This document shows, piece after piece, positions 14,322-23,526 of a stretch of 64,000 nucleotides of DNA. The notes under the pieces were generated by a model. It searched no databases, was not told the origin of the DNA, and saw only the letters and a program-made list of their open reading frames with translations. The number at the start of each line of letters is the position of its first letter. Within the stretch, counting starts at the first letter, position 1. The stretch covers positions 651 through 64,650 of the forward strand of contig JAKSMQ010000005.1 of assembly GCA_024400565.1 (NCBI GenBank). Reading direction: 5' to 3'. Position numbers and translations under genes: made by a program. The DNA is from Bacteroidales bacterium (GTDB lineage: Bacteria > Bacteroidota > Bacteroidia > Bacteroidales > P3).

Positions 14322-14978
14322 ATGGCAAAATTATCAGCAAAATTCGGACCAATACACGGAAATGACGGTAACACCGCTTACCGCACAATCAACGGAACCA
14401 CGTTCCAAAACTACATTGACACCGCAGCGCCCAAGAAGGAGCGTACCCCGCGTCAGAAGACCTATGGGGCATTGCTGAAGGTGATGAACAGGTATACGTA
14501 CATTCATTACCCGGATCTGACGGCATTCTTTCCCAAAGGCAATAAACGATCCTCCCGTCATGCATTCCTTGCACATAACAGGGAGAGCCTTGCCGCAGCC
14601 TTGTATTCTCTGGCAGAGCGTAGTGCAAACGGAGAGAAAATCACAGACCAGCAGATTGAGGATGCAGTCAGCACCTATGCACAGGCCAATCCCCGCAGCA
14701 TTGTGGTGGGACTGAGGAAAGGTTATCTGCCTATATACCTTGAGGGTGAATGGCCTTCAAAGTTCAGATTCCTGCTGTACGACCAGGCAGTCACCCCTGC
14801 CGAGTTTCAGACGGCAGACGGCACGTTTGTGCAGGAAGAGGGAGATGCTGACGCCAATGGCGGAACCACAGGCAATGGTGGAGATGCCAACTCGGGTCAG
14901 GGAGGCACTTCCCAGTCTCAGACTGGTGGCACCTCTAATCCTGGTGGCGGTTCCTCTGGCGGCTACGACGGCGACTAG
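14322..14978 (+). CDS. hypothetical protein with Gly/Ser/Thr-rich low-complexity C-terminal tail
   Basis: 218-aa ORF with an ATG start and a terminator hairpin downstream. The C-terminus is GDADANGGTTGNGGDANSGQGGTSQSQTGGTSNPGGGSSGGYDGD. No family confidently recognised. Confidence 0.55.
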   Translation: MAKLSAKFGPIHGNDGNTAYRTINGTTFQNYIDTAAPKKERTPRQKTYGALLKVMNRYTYIHYPDLTAFFPKGNKRSSRHAFLAHNRESLAAALYSLAERSANGEKITDQQIEDAVSTYAQANPRSIVVGLRKGYLPIYLEGEWPSKFRFLLYDQAVTPAEFQTADGTFVQEEGDADANGGTTGNGGDANSGQGGTSQSQTGGTSNPGGGSSGGYDGD

Positions 14979-15019
14979 GCTGATGAGCAGCGGGCTACAG
15001 CCTGATGCTGACGGGAAAC

Positions 15020-15052
15020 GGGCGGTCGGAAGGCCGCCCTTTTGCTTTTGTT
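15020..15052 (+). terminator. rho-independent terminator
   Basis: GGGCGG (15020-15025) pairs with CCGCCC (15034-15039), followed by TTTTGCTTTTGTT. Confidence 0.65.
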
Positions 15053-15149
15053 GCGTGACGGGGGAGGGGAGAGGGGATGCCTTCGGCTCAGGAGATAAAC
15101 GGACAGAGATGCTCCGTCCCTATGCTCTGCTGAAAAGGATGCAGACTAT

Positions 15150-16040
15150 TTAAGGATTGGGATGCTGCAGGTTGCGCTGCCATTGGGCGTGTTTTATCCT
15201 GTTGATGGCAGAATGGCGGGTGCGCCGGCGGAACTCTGTGGGGTCTGTCGCGGAGAGTGTCTCCAGCTCGCGGATTCTCTGGTCGGATATCTCTACTGTG
15301 GGGGGCACGTCTTTGTTGTACGGACACACCATCTGGCAGCAGTCGCAGCCGAAGCTGTAGCCATTCAGGGTGAGGTCGACGGGCAGTTGGGGGGCACGGT
15401 TCTCGATGGTGTTGTAGGAGATGCATCGGCGGCAATCGAGTCCTTTCTCGTCGAGGGCGTGGTTGGGACAGGCCTTGAGGCAGAGCGTACAGTCGTGGCA
15501 ACGGCTCTCTATGGGGCTGTCGTAGCGGTCGAACGCGGAGGTGGTGACCAACTCGGCCACATGACAATAGCTGCCATAGGTGGGGTTGACGAGCAGGGTG
15601 TGCTTTCCTATCCATCCCAATCCGGCCTGGGCAGCCCACAGCTTGTCGCTGATGGGGACTGTGTCGACGCAGGGCTTGGCCTCGAAGGTGGGGTGGCTTT
15701 CGCGTATGAGGGCTATCAGACGGAAGAGCATCTGCCTGATGCGCTCGTGGTAGTCGTCGCCATAGGCATACTGGGCTATGCGATGGGGACCTTGCATGGT
15801 CTGCGATGGCTTGTAGCCCAACAGGAGGCAAATGACGGATTGGGCTCCTTCGACCAGCAGCCGGGGGTCGCTCCGCATCTCGACGTGCTTTTCCATAAAC
15901 TGCATGTCGCCCTGGCGCCCCAGGCTGAGCCACGTTCTGAACCGCGCTTCAAAGCCCTCCAGCTGTGTGGCACGGGCTATGCCGCAGCCGTGAAAACCTA
16001 CGGAGCGGGCTATTGTCTTGATTTGGGCTGAGGAGAGCAT
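15150..16040 (-). CDS. queG: epoxyqueuosine reductase
   Basis: Ferredoxin-type Cys motifs are CHDCTLCLKACP and CRRCISYNT...CDCCQMVCP, together with the conserved GLGWIGKHTLLVNP. Start set at the internal ATG at 16040 (MLSSAQIKTIA), because the 86-aa Arg/Gln-rich N-terminal extension of the ORF overlaps the upstream gene. Confidence 0.85.
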   Translation of the reverse strand: MLSSAQIKTIARSVGFHGCGIARATQLEGFEARFRTWLSLGRQGDMQFMEKHVEMRSDPRLLVEGAQSVICLLLGYKPSQTMQGPHRIAQYAYGDDYHERIRQMLFRLIALIRESHPTFEAKPCVDTVPISDKLWAAQAGLGWIGKHTLLVNPTYGSYCHVAELVTTSAFDRYDSPIESRCHDCTLCLKACPNHALDEKGLDCRRCISYNTIENRAPQLPVDLTLNGYSFGCDCCQMVCPYNKDVPPTVEISDQRIRELETLSATDPTEFRRRTRHSAINRIKHAQWQRNLQHPNP

Positions 16041-16135
16041 AGGACGAAAAGGGGATGGGAGGAGGGATGAAATAGAGACGGGAAACGTGCCCGTCTCTAT
16101 CTTTTGTTGGGAGATCTGTTTCTCTTGGGGGGCGA

Positions 16136-17368
16136 TTATTCGTCCTCTCCGGCGTTCTGTTTCGATGCTTTCTTGCTGCCTTCGTAGAGCTTGAACTGGA
16201 GGAAGCGGCAGTCGAGCGAGCCGTTGAGGAGGGGAATCTTGCGCGAAGGCTTGAGACCGATGTGCTTCATGGCCTCGAAGTCGCTGGTGATGAGCCATAC
16301 CTCGCAGTTTTCGCCATAGAGGTTCTTGAAGGTGTTGCCCAGCTGTTCGTACATGAGGTTGAGGTCTTCAATCTTGATACGCTCGCCATAGGGAGGGTTG
16401 GTGACGATGAGAGTGCGTCCCTCGGGGGGCTCCTGGTTTTCGAAGCTGCCGTTGTAGAGCATGACGTCCTTGTGGAGCTTGGTGAACTGGAGGTTCTTCT
16501 CGCATTGTTCGAGTACGTTCATGTCGATGTCGTTGCCCCATATCTCGTAGTCGAAGTCGTTGCTGCCAATCTTGCGGTCTTCTTCGAGCTTGACACGTTT
16601 CCACTCGCCGAGGTTGAACTCTTTCCATTTCATGAAGCCGAATCCCTGGTGGCGGTAGTACTGGGCGGGGATGTTGTTGGCAAGCATGGCGGCCTCGATG
16701 AGCATGGTGCCCGAACCGCACATAGGATCCATGAAGTTGCAGTCGCACTTCCAGCCCGAGAGTTTGAGCATACCTGCAGCCAGCACCTCGTTGATGGGGG
16801 CAATACCTACACCCTGGCGGTAGCCGCGTTTGTGGAGCGAGTCGCCGCTCGAGTTCATGAGAAGGGTGACGTGGTTGTCGCGGATGTGGAGGTTGAACTT
16901 ATAGTCGGCGTTGTCGGTATTGATGGAGGGACGGCGACCGAAATACTTGCGGAAACGGTCGGCGATAGCGTCCTTGGTCTTGAGGGCTGCATAGTAGGAG
17001 TGGGTGAAGATTTCTCCGCTGGTGGAGGAGTCGATCATGAAGGTGCTGTCGAGGTCCATAATCTTTTCCCACTTGATGTCGAAGCACTTCTTGTAGAGCT
17101 CGTCGGTAGAGTTGGCCTCGAACTCGGCAAAGGGCTTGAGGATGGCCAGGGCGGTACGGCAGGTGTAGTTGGCACGGTAGAGGGTGCGCATATCGCCACG
17201 GAAGGAGACGGCACGGCTGAGAAGTTCGATATCTGTAGCTCCCAGCTCTCTCAACTCTTCGGCCAGTATCTCTTCCATGCCCTGCATGGTTTTGGCTATC
17301 ATGTTGAACTTGTCGAGTTTGGTAGGTTCGATGGGCACTACCCGACCATTTTTCTTCTGGATTATCAT
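16136..17368 (-). CDS. THUMP-domain class I SAM-dependent RNA methyltransferase (RlmL/UPF0020-like)
   Basis: KFNMIAKTMQGMEEILAEELRELGA is the THUMP N-terminus. DPMCGSGTMLIEAA is SAM motif I. VTNPPYGERI is the NPPY catalytic motif. Confidence 0.85.
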   Translation of the reverse strand: MIIQKKNGRVVPIEPTKLDKFNMIAKTMQGMEEILAEELRELGATDIELLSRAVSFRGDMRTLYRANYTCRTALAILKPFAEFEANSTDELYKKCFDIKWEKIMDLDSTFMIDSSTSGEIFTHSYYAALKTKDAIADRFRKYFGRRPSINTDNADYKFNLHIRDNHVTLLMNSSGDSLHKRGYRQGVGIAPINEVLAAGMLKLSGWKCDCNFMDPMCGSGTMLIEAAMLANNIPAQYYRHQGFGFMKWKEFNLGEWKRVKLEEDRKIGSNDFDYEIWGNDIDMNVLEQCEKNLQFTKLHKDVMLYNGSFENQEPPEGRTLIVTNPPYGERIKIEDLNLMYEQLGNTFKNLYGENCEVWLITSDFEAMKHIGLKPSRKIPLLNGSLDCRFLQFKLYEGSKKASKQNAGEDE

Positions 17369-17390
17369 AGGGCAATCAATTGTTTTTTTT

Positions 17391-18428
17391 CTATTGTTGG
17401 GTTTCGGGCGCAGCCTCGCGGTCCTGGGTGGCTACGGCCTTGTTGAGGAGATTCTCCTTGAGCTTCTCGGCTTTGTGCTGCATGGCTATGCGGCCTTGCG
17501 CTACGGCAATATTGATTTCGTAGCCTACAAGCAGCACGAGGCAGTTGAGGTAGATCCAAAGCATCAGCACCAGCAAAGTACCGATAGAACCGTAGAGGAT
17601 GTTGTAGCGGTTGAAGGTGGTGAGGTATATCTGGAATCCCCAGGTGAGTCCGAAAAGGAGTACGGTAGCTATTACGGTACCTATGGAGAAGAAGCCTACC
17701 CGCTGTTTCTTGCCGGGGGCGGCATAGTAGATGAGGCCGATGACCAGGAGGGCAAAGAAGGCCAGTACTATCCAGCGGATGAAGCTGATGATGAAACGGT
17801 TGAAGGCTGTATGGGCTATGAAGCCGTGTTCGAACAGCCAGGAGATGATGGAGTGGTAGCCCAGCTGGAGCACGACGATGAAGATGACCAGCAGGTAGAG
17901 CAGGAATACCAGCAGGAAACAGATGCCGTAGCGCTGGAGAAGCGGACGGGTGTCGACAGCCGGATTGGCGTAGTTGAACGACATGATCATGCTGTGCATA
18001 CCGTTGCCGGCAAGGAAGATGGAGGTTGCAAAGCCGATGGAGAGCAGGCTGTTGTGCCTGTGGCCCATAACCTCGGTAATGGTGGGCTCTATCATATTAT
18101 AGATAGAGGTGGGAAAGATGTGTCCCAGCTCGACGAGGAGGGCCTGCTGGAGGCCTTCGACGGGGAAGAGGGGTATGAGGGTGAAGAGGAAGATGAGCAG
18201 GGGAGGAATGGCCGTAAGGAAGGAGTAGGCCAGCCCCTTGGCTCTCTGCCACAGAGTGCCGTTGGCTACGCCCAGCAGGAAGAACCGGAGCACCTCCCAT
18301 ACGGGTACGCCCTTGCTGCCGGGCAGGGAGAAATGATGCAGAAAATAGACGCTCTGCATCACCCTACGCTTGAACAGCATGTGGCGTAGCTTGTCGCTAT
18401 GCTTGAGGGGTTTCTTCTGTGGTGCCAT
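17391..18428 (-). CDS. YihY/BrkB-family membrane protein
   Basis: Multi-TM protein with LAYSFLTAIPPLLIFLFTLIPLFP and YGSIGTLLVLMLWIYLNCLVLLVGYEIN, both typical of the YihY family. Confidence 0.75.
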   Translation of the reverse strand: MAPQKKPLKHSDKLRHMLFKRRVMQSVYFLHHFSLPGSKGVPVWEVLRFFLLGVANGTLWQRAKGLAYSFLTAIPPLLIFLFTLIPLFPVEGLQQALLVELGHIFPTSIYNMIEPTITEVMGHRHNSLLSIGFATSIFLAGNGMHSMIMSFNYANPAVDTRPLLQRYGICFLLVFLLYLLVIFIVVLQLGYHSIISWLFEHGFIAHTAFNRFIISFIRWIVLAFFALLVIGLIYYAAPGKKQRVGFFSIGTVIATVLLFGLTWGFQIYLTTFNRYNILYGSIGTLLVLMLWIYLNCLVLLVGYEINIAVAQGRIAMQHKAEKLKENLLNKAVATQDREAAPETQQ

Positions 18429-19277
18429 TTAGTCGCTGATAAGGCTGAGGTCGAGGCTCTTTATATGGTGGGTAAGTGCACCTACGGAGATGAAATCGAC
18501 ATTGCTCTCGGCATAGGAACGGAGGGTCTCTTCGGTAATGCCGCCGCTGGCCTCGGTCTCGTAGCGTCCGCCTATGCGGGCTACAGCCTGCTTGAGGGTG
18601 GGAACGTCGAAGTTGTCGAGCATGATGCGGTCTACTCCGCCATGCTGCATGACGCGTTCGAGCTCGTCGAGGTTGCGTACCTCTATCTCAATACGGAGGT
18701 CTTTGCCCTTGGCCTTGAGATAGTCGTGGGTGCGGTCTATGGCCTGTTCGATGCCGCCGGCAAAGTCGACGTGGTTGTCCTTGAGCATCACCATGTCGTA
18801 GAGGCCTATGCGATGGTTGGTTCCTCCGCCGCACTTGACGGCATATTTCTCGAGCAGACGCATGTTGGGAGTGGTCTTGCGGGTGTCGAGCAGGCGGGTG
18901 TGGAGGCCGTCGAGCATACGCACCATCTTGTTGGTCTGGGTAGCGATGCCGCTAAGGCGCTGCATGAAGTTGAGGGCTGTACGTTCGGCTGTGAGGATGC
19001 TGCCGGAGGGACCGGAGACACGCATTACGATGTCGCCTACCTCGAGGGCATCGCCATCGTTCTTAAGAAGTTCTACCTTAAGGGAAGGGTCGACCAACTC
19101 AAACACTTTCTTTCCCACCTCTGCTCCACAGAGAATACCGGGTTTCTTGGCTACCATCTTGGCTTTGCCCATGGCGGTGGAAGGAATGCAGGCCAGGGTG
19201 CTGTGATCACCGTCTCCCACGTCTTCGCGCAGGGCCATTGCAATGAGTTCTTCTAAGTTGTCTATGTTGGTCATCAT
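18429..19277 (-). CDS. nadC: nicotinate-nucleotide diphosphorylase (carboxylating)
   Basis: LLDTRKTTPNMRLLEKYAVKCGGGTNHRIGLYDMVMLKDNH and the C-terminal ETEASGGIT...VDFISVGALTH are characteristic NadC motifs. Confidence 0.9.
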   Translation of the reverse strand: MMTNIDNLEELIAMALREDVGDGDHSTLACIPSTAMGKAKMVAKKPGILCGAEVGKKVFELVDPSLKVELLKNDGDALEVGDIVMRVSGPSGSILTAERTALNFMQRLSGIATQTNKMVRMLDGLHTRLLDTRKTTPNMRLLEKYAVKCGGGTNHRIGLYDMVMLKDNHVDFAGGIEQAIDRTHDYLKAKGKDLRIEIEVRNLDELERVMQHGGVDRIMLDNFDVPTLKQAVARIGGRYETEASGGITEETLRSYAESNVDFISVGALTHHIKSLDLSLISD

Positions 19278-19306
19278 GTCAATTGAACTGTTGGTTATTG
19301 AGATTG

Positions 19307-19314
19307 CAAAAATA
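19307..19314 (-). promoter_or_regulatory. candidate -7 box (TATTTTTG) for nadC operon
   Basis: The reverse complement of CAAAAATA matches TAnnTTTG. It lies about 30 nt upstream of the nadC ATG at 19277. Confidence 0.5.
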
Positions 19315-19344
19315 CAAACTTTTTTCCAATTGGAGAAATATTAT

Positions 19345-19352
19345 TATCTTTG
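19345..19352 (+). promoter_or_regulatory. candidate -7 box (TATCTTTG) for cinA
   Basis: TAnnTTTG match about 46 nt upstream of the ATG at 19398, divergent from the nadC promoter. Confidence 0.5.
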
Positions 19353-19397
19353 CAAAACTAAACTTGACAGGTGTTAAATATATAACATACAATAGTA

Positions 19398-20657
19398 ATG
19401 AATGTTAGCATTATTAATATAGGTGACGAATTATTGATAGGACAGGTTGTAAATACCAACGCAAGCAACATGTCGAAGCTACTTATTTCGTCGGGTTTTG
19501 ATGTAATTGAGGTGTGCACAATTGCCGACAGAGAGGAGGCAATACGCTCTACTCTGGAGCGCTCTCTGGCTAAAAGTGATGCCGTACTCATTACCGGCGG
19601 ACTGGGACCTACCAAGGATGATATCACCAAGCATACGCTCTGCAGCTTCTTCGGAAGCCGGCTGGTCGAGAACGAAGTGGCTCTGGCCAACATCAGGCGC
19701 ATCTTTGACGAGAAGGGCTATCCGCTGACGGAGATAAACCGTCAGCAGTCGTGGGTTCCCGAATGCTGTACGATGATAAACAACGTGCTGGGAACGGCTC
19801 CAGGCATGTGGTTTGAGAAGGAGAGAGAGGGCGACAGACCTTCGCAGGTGGTTGTCTCGCTTCCCGGCGTGCCTTTCGAGATGCTCAATCTGATGGAGAC
19901 AGAGATTCTGCCCCGTCTGCGCAACCATTTCGGAGCGGAGTTTATACTCAACAAGAACATCCTTGTGCAAGGCATAGGAGAGAGTTTTCTGAGCGACAGA
20001 ATAGAGAAATGGGAGCTGGCCCTACCGGAGAGCATCCGTCTGGCCTATCTCCCTCAGGCGGGTATGGTAAAACTGCGTCTCACAGCCCGTGGAACCGACG
20101 AGCAGATGCTGCGCAGGCAGATAGCAGAGGCCGTAGAGGGACTCTATCCGCTGGCTGGAGAATTTATCGTAGGCGAGGACATGGAGAGTCTGCCCGAGGC
20201 GGTGGCCTACAAGATGAAGCAGATGGGTGCAAGCCTGGCTACGGCAGAGAGCTGTACGGGCGGCACGATAGCCTCGAAACTGACAGCAATGAGCGGCGCA
20301 AGCGAGTATTTCCGCGGCGGAGTGGTGGCCTACAGCAACGATGTGAAAGAGTGTGCCCTGGGCGTGAAACACGATACCCTCACGGCTCACGGAGCCGTAA
20401 GCGAGGAGACAGCCCGCGAGATGGCGGAAGGCGTGCGCAAGCGTCTGGGTGCCGACTTTGCCATTGCTACAACCGGAATAGCAGGCCCTACGGGCGGAAC
20501 GGCCGAGAAACCTGTTGGAACGGTATGGATTGCTGTGGCTTCGGAGAAGGAAACCGTGGCGGTATGCAAGCAGTTCGGATCGGACCGTCTGCGTACCATA
20601 GAGCGTACGTGCAACGAAGCCTACAGCCTTCTTGTTAAAGTGGCTTCGGAAGCCTAA
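19398..20657 (+). CDS. cinA: CinA-family competence/damage-inducible protein (NMN amidohydrolase)
   Basis: The N-terminal MoCF-biosynthesis-like domain has IINIGDELLIGQVVNTNA...ITGGLGPTKDDITK. The C-terminal PncC domain has ATAESCTGGTIASKLT...GGVVAYSN. Confidence 0.9.
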   Translation: MNVSIINIGDELLIGQVVNTNASNMSKLLISSGFDVIEVCTIADREEAIRSTLERSLAKSDAVLITGGLGPTKDDITKHTLCSFFGSRLVENEVALANIRRIFDEKGYPLTEINRQQSWVPECCTMINNVLGTAPGMWFEKEREGDRPSQVVVSLPGVPFEMLNLMETEILPRLRNHFGAEFILNKNILVQGIGESFLSDRIEKWELALPESIRLAYLPQAGMVKLRLTARGTDEQMLRRQIAEAVEGLYPLAGEFIVGEDMESLPEAVAYKMKQMGASLATAESCTGGTIASKLTAMSGASEYFRGGVVAYSNDVKECALGVKHDTLTAHGAVSEETAREMAEGVRKRLGADFAIATTGIAGPTGGTAEKPVGTVWIAVASEKETVAVCKQFGSDRLRTIERTCNEAYSLLVKVASEA

Positions 20658-20689
20658 TTGTCAGCTTTTATTAAATAGAATATAGAACG

Positions 20690-21505
20690 ATGAAAAGAGT
20701 ATTGCATATTGTATGCGTCTGTATGGCTGTGGTACTGATGGCTGCCATGGCGGGCTGCAAGTCGGGCGAAAGACGTAATTTCGAACGTGGCGACGTGAGT
20801 GTTGTCGACTATGGAAACGGGTTGACGTACAAGACTATCTCGTTTGCCGACAAGAAACTTTTCGGAGCCAGTCATACCATCCGTGTGGTAGAGATAGTCA
20901 AGGATGCTCCTTTCGATTTTATGTTCACCTTCGATTCGTGCCTCGCTACCGTCAGAGAACAGGCCGGAGCGTGTGGAGCCTTTGCCGCCATCAACGCCTC
21001 TTTCTTCGATACCATTCAGCCCTGTTACCTCCGTATGGGAGGCGTAAAGCTGGGCGAGAATGCCCGTCAGACGGTTGAGGGCGTGAACCCCGAGAAACGC
21101 AAGTATTTCCTTACAGGCACTCTCGTATTGGAAGAGGGACGTCTGAGGTTTCTCCGTTCGGATACCTCGCGCGTGTGGGAAGACAGTCTCCCATACGAAA
21201 ATATTATGTCGGCAGGTCCTATGCTGATTTACGACAGCGTGATACAGCCTCTCCGCCAGGACAGAACCTTTGTTACCAACCCCTTCGACCGTACGGCTAT
21301 CTGCCAGAAAGCCGACGGAAGCATCCTGATGGTTGTGGCCGACCAGCTGAATCTGATGCAGTTTGCCGATGTGCTCTCGTGGCTGGGATGCTGTCATGCC
21401 ATCAGTCTCGACGGCGGTCCCTCTACCACTATGGTCGTAGACGGAGAAGAGGTGATGGGCGAAGAGACCGAAGTAGGAACCTGTATTGTTGCAAAACGAA
21501 GATAA
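20690..21505 (+). CDS. phosphodiester glycosidase family (DUF2233) lipoprotein
   Basis: Lipoprotein signal ...MAAMAGCKSG. C-terminal HAISLDGGPSTTMVVDG is typical of the NAGPA/DUF2233 family. Confidence 0.6.
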   Translation: MKRVLHIVCVCMAVVLMAAMAGCKSGERRNFERGDVSVVDYGNGLTYKTISFADKKLFGASHTIRVVEIVKDAPFDFMFTFDSCLATVREQAGACGAFAAINASFFDTIQPCYLRMGGVKLGENARQTVEGVNPEKRKYFLTGTLVLEEGRLRFLRSDTSRVWEDSLPYENIMSAGPMLIYDSVIQPLRQDRTFVTNPFDRTAICQKADGSILMVVADQLNLMQFADVLSWLGCCHAISLDGGPSTTMVVDGEEVMGEETEVGTCIVAKRR

Positions 21506-21514
21506 CCAGTTGTT

Positions 21515-21895
21515 ATGTCGAAAGGATTTATTACAATCTTGCTGCTTATCTGCAGCAATGTGTTTATGACCTTTGCCTGGTATGGCAATCTCAAACTACA
21601 GCAACTTAAACCCTCTGTGGCCAACTGGCCCCTCTATGGAATTATTCTGCTCAGCTGGGGAATGGCCCTGCTGGAGTATTGCTTTATGATTCCAGCCAAC
21701 CGCGTGGGTTCGCAGATTAACGGAGGCCCCTTCTCGCTGATGCAACTCAAGATAATTCAGGAATGCATCTCGCTTATTATCTTCACGATAATAGTTGCAA
21801 CTATCTTCAAGGGCGAGCCTATTCATTGGAATCATATTGTCAGCTTTGGTCTGATTGTACTGGCTGTCTTCTTTGCCTTTATGAAGACAGAGTAG
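21515..21895 (+). CDS. DMT-superfamily small membrane protein (DUF486)
   Basis: 126 aa with 4 TM segments. The N-terminus ILLLICSNVFMTFAWYGNLKL is characteristic of the family. Confidence 0.75.
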   Translation: MSKGFITILLLICSNVFMTFAWYGNLKLQQLKPSVANWPLYGIILLSWGMALLEYCFMIPANRVGSQINGGPFSLMQLKIIQECISLIIFTIIVATIFKGEPIHWNHIVSFGLIVLAVFFAFMKTE

Positions 21896-22086
21896 GGGCG
21901 GAGCCTGTCGGTTCTGCAAAATCGGGCTGGAGGCATCTGCCGGACATCTTGTGATGCATCGGATATCCTCTGCTGGAGGATAGAAGAGGGTTTGTCGTGG
22001 TCTGTAAAATATGTGTGTTCCAGTCCCGAAGCAGGCATCGATGGGGCATTCGAAAATTTTAATTTGGCCAGTTTGTAAAGTTTCTG

Positions 22087-22094
22087 TATTTTTG
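22087..22094 (+). promoter_or_regulatory. candidate -7 box (TATTTTTG) for rubrerythrin
   Basis: TAnnTTTG match about 140 nt upstream of the ATG at 22236. The leader contains a CGGCAG/CTGCCG hairpin. Confidence 0.4.
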
Positions 22095-22235
22095 CAAATC
22101 GAAATTCCTCTCGGAATAGAGTCATTCTCCCGCCTTAGAAGCAGAGAGAGACTGGTATCGGCAGCCTGGAGACTGCCGGATTAGAATAGAGAAAAAGTAA
22201 TATTCAGTTTAACTATATTAAAAAATATCAAAATT

Positions 22236-22775
22236 ATGGCATCAAAATATTCAGGTACTCAGACTGAGAAAAATCTCGAAGCAGCTTTTGCAGGCGAAAG
22301 CATGGCTCGTAACAAATACACCTACTTTGCATCAAAGGCCAAGAAAGAGGGCTTTGAGCAGATGGCAGAGATATTCCTCAAGACTGCCGAAAACGAGAAG
22401 GAACATGCCAAGCTGTGGTACAAAGAACTTCATGGTATCGGAGATACCGCCGAGAACCTGGCAACAGCAGCCGATGGTGAGAACTATGAATGGACCGACA
22501 TGTATGAGAACTTTGCCAAGACGGCTCAGGAAGAGGGTTTCAACGACCTGGCTGTTAAATTCCGTTTGGTTGCTGCCATTGAGAAACGTCACGAGGAACG
22601 CTATCGCGCTCTGCTGAAGAATATCGAGGCACAGGAAGTCTTTGCCAAGAGCGAGGTAAAGGTATGGGAATGCCGCAACTGCGGTCATATTATTGTAGGC
22701 ACCAAGGCTCCTCAGGTGTGTCCCACCTGTATGCATCCCCAGTCGTATTTTGAAATACACACAGACAACTTTTAA
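22236..22775 (+). CDS. rbr: rubrerythrin
   Basis: Di-iron four-helix-bundle motifs [14 protein letters not shown] and EKEHAKLW, plus a C-terminal rubredoxin-like CRNCGH...CPTCMHP. Confidence 0.92.
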   Translation: MASKYSGTQTEKNLEAAFAGESMARNKYTYFASKAKKEGFEQMAEIFLKTAENEKEHAKLWYKELHGIGDTAENLATAADGENYEWTDMYENFAKTAQEEGFNDLAVKFRLVAAIEKRHEERYRALLKNIEAQEVFAKSEVKVWECRNCGHIIVGTKAPQVCPTCMHPQSYFEIHTDNF

Positions 22776-22787
22776 GAGAAAAACCTC

Positions 22788-22820
22788 GAGGGAGAAGCAT
22801 TCGGTTCTCCCTCTTTCTAT
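22788..22820 (+). terminator. rho-independent terminator after rbr
   Basis: GAGGGAGAA (22788-22796) pairs with TTCTCCCTC (22805-22813), followed by TTTC. Confidence 0.6.
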
Positions 22821-22841
22821 TAACCAATAAACCTAAAAATT

Positions 22842-23432
22842 ATGGAAACAAAATTTGTAGCGCCTCAACTCCGTTATGAGGCCGGTTCGCTGGCACCTGT
22901 CATCAGCGAGCAGACTATCGGCTTTCACTATGGCAAGCATCTGCAGACCTATGTGAACAACCTCAATACCATGGTTGTCGGCACAGAATGGGAGCATGCT
23001 TCTCTAGAAGAAATAGCTGCCAAAGCACAGGGCGGTATAGGAAATAATGCAGGCCAGGTGCTGAACCACAATCTCTACTTCGAGCAGTTTGCTCCCAAGC
23101 CCACCAGGAACAGACCCGAAGGTAAGCTGGCTGAGGCTATTGAGAAGAGCTTCGGTTCGTTTGACGAGATGAAGTCCAGGATGAGCGCAGCAGCAAGCAC
23201 GCTCTTCGGAAGCGGATGGGCATGGCTGTGTGCCGACCAGGAAGGCAATCTTTCTGTGGCTCAGATGGCTAATGCAGACAATCCCTTGCGCCACAATCTG
23301 CGTCCTATACTCACTTTCGACGTATGGGAGCATGCCTATTATCTGGACTATCAGAACCGTCGACCTGACTATCTTGCAGCCTTGTGGACTATCATAGACT
23401 GGCAGATAGTAGAGTCCAGATTCGAAAAATAA
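22842..23432 (+). CDS. sodB: Fe/Mn superoxide dismutase
   Basis: FHYGKHLQTYVNNLN, NHNLYF, and DVWEHAYYLDYQNRRPDY are the canonical Fe/Mn-SOD signature. Confidence 0.92.
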   Translation: METKFVAPQLRYEAGSLAPVISEQTIGFHYGKHLQTYVNNLNTMVVGTEWEHASLEEIAAKAQGGIGNNAGQVLNHNLYFEQFAPKPTRNRPEGKLAEAIEKSFGSFDEMKSRMSAAASTLFGSGWAWLCADQEGNLSVAQMANADNPLRHNLRPILTFDVWEHAYYLDYQNRRPDYLAALWTIIDWQIVESRFEK

Positions 23433-23462
23433 GGTAAATCATCTTTAACTAAAGACAAAGAG

Positions 23463-23489
23463 AAAGCCCTGCCGATGAAGCAGGGCTTT
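23463..23489. terminator. bidirectional terminator between convergent sod and proS
   Basis: AAAGCCCTGC (23463-23472) pairs with GCAGGGCTTT (23480-23489). A/T runs on both sides. Confidence 0.65.
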
Positions 23490-23526
23490 ACTATTAGGAT
23501 TATATGCGTGATAAACGCTATAGGTC

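Noticed and set aside
15088-16298. An N-terminal 86-aa extension of the queG ORF (to 16298) and the overlapping 281-aa Arg/Pro-rich ORF at 15088-15933.
   Set aside because: The extension overlaps the 3' end of the upstream methyltransferase gene and is Arg/Gln/Pro-rich junk. The conserved QueG sequence begins at the ATG at 16040. The 281-aa ORF is an alternative frame of queG.
16262-17446. 394-aa plus-strand ORF antisense to the THUMP methyltransferase. Similar long antisense or alternative-frame ORFs lie at 15162-16031, 17184-18389, 18399-19256, 23680-25092, 44766-45632, 46175-46993, 54568-55764, 60890-61657 and 62105-62926.
   Set aside because: Each lies fully inside a gene on the opposite strand that has unambiguous family motifs. 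Their translations are V/G/E/A/H-rich with no motifs. They are treated as non-coding shadows.
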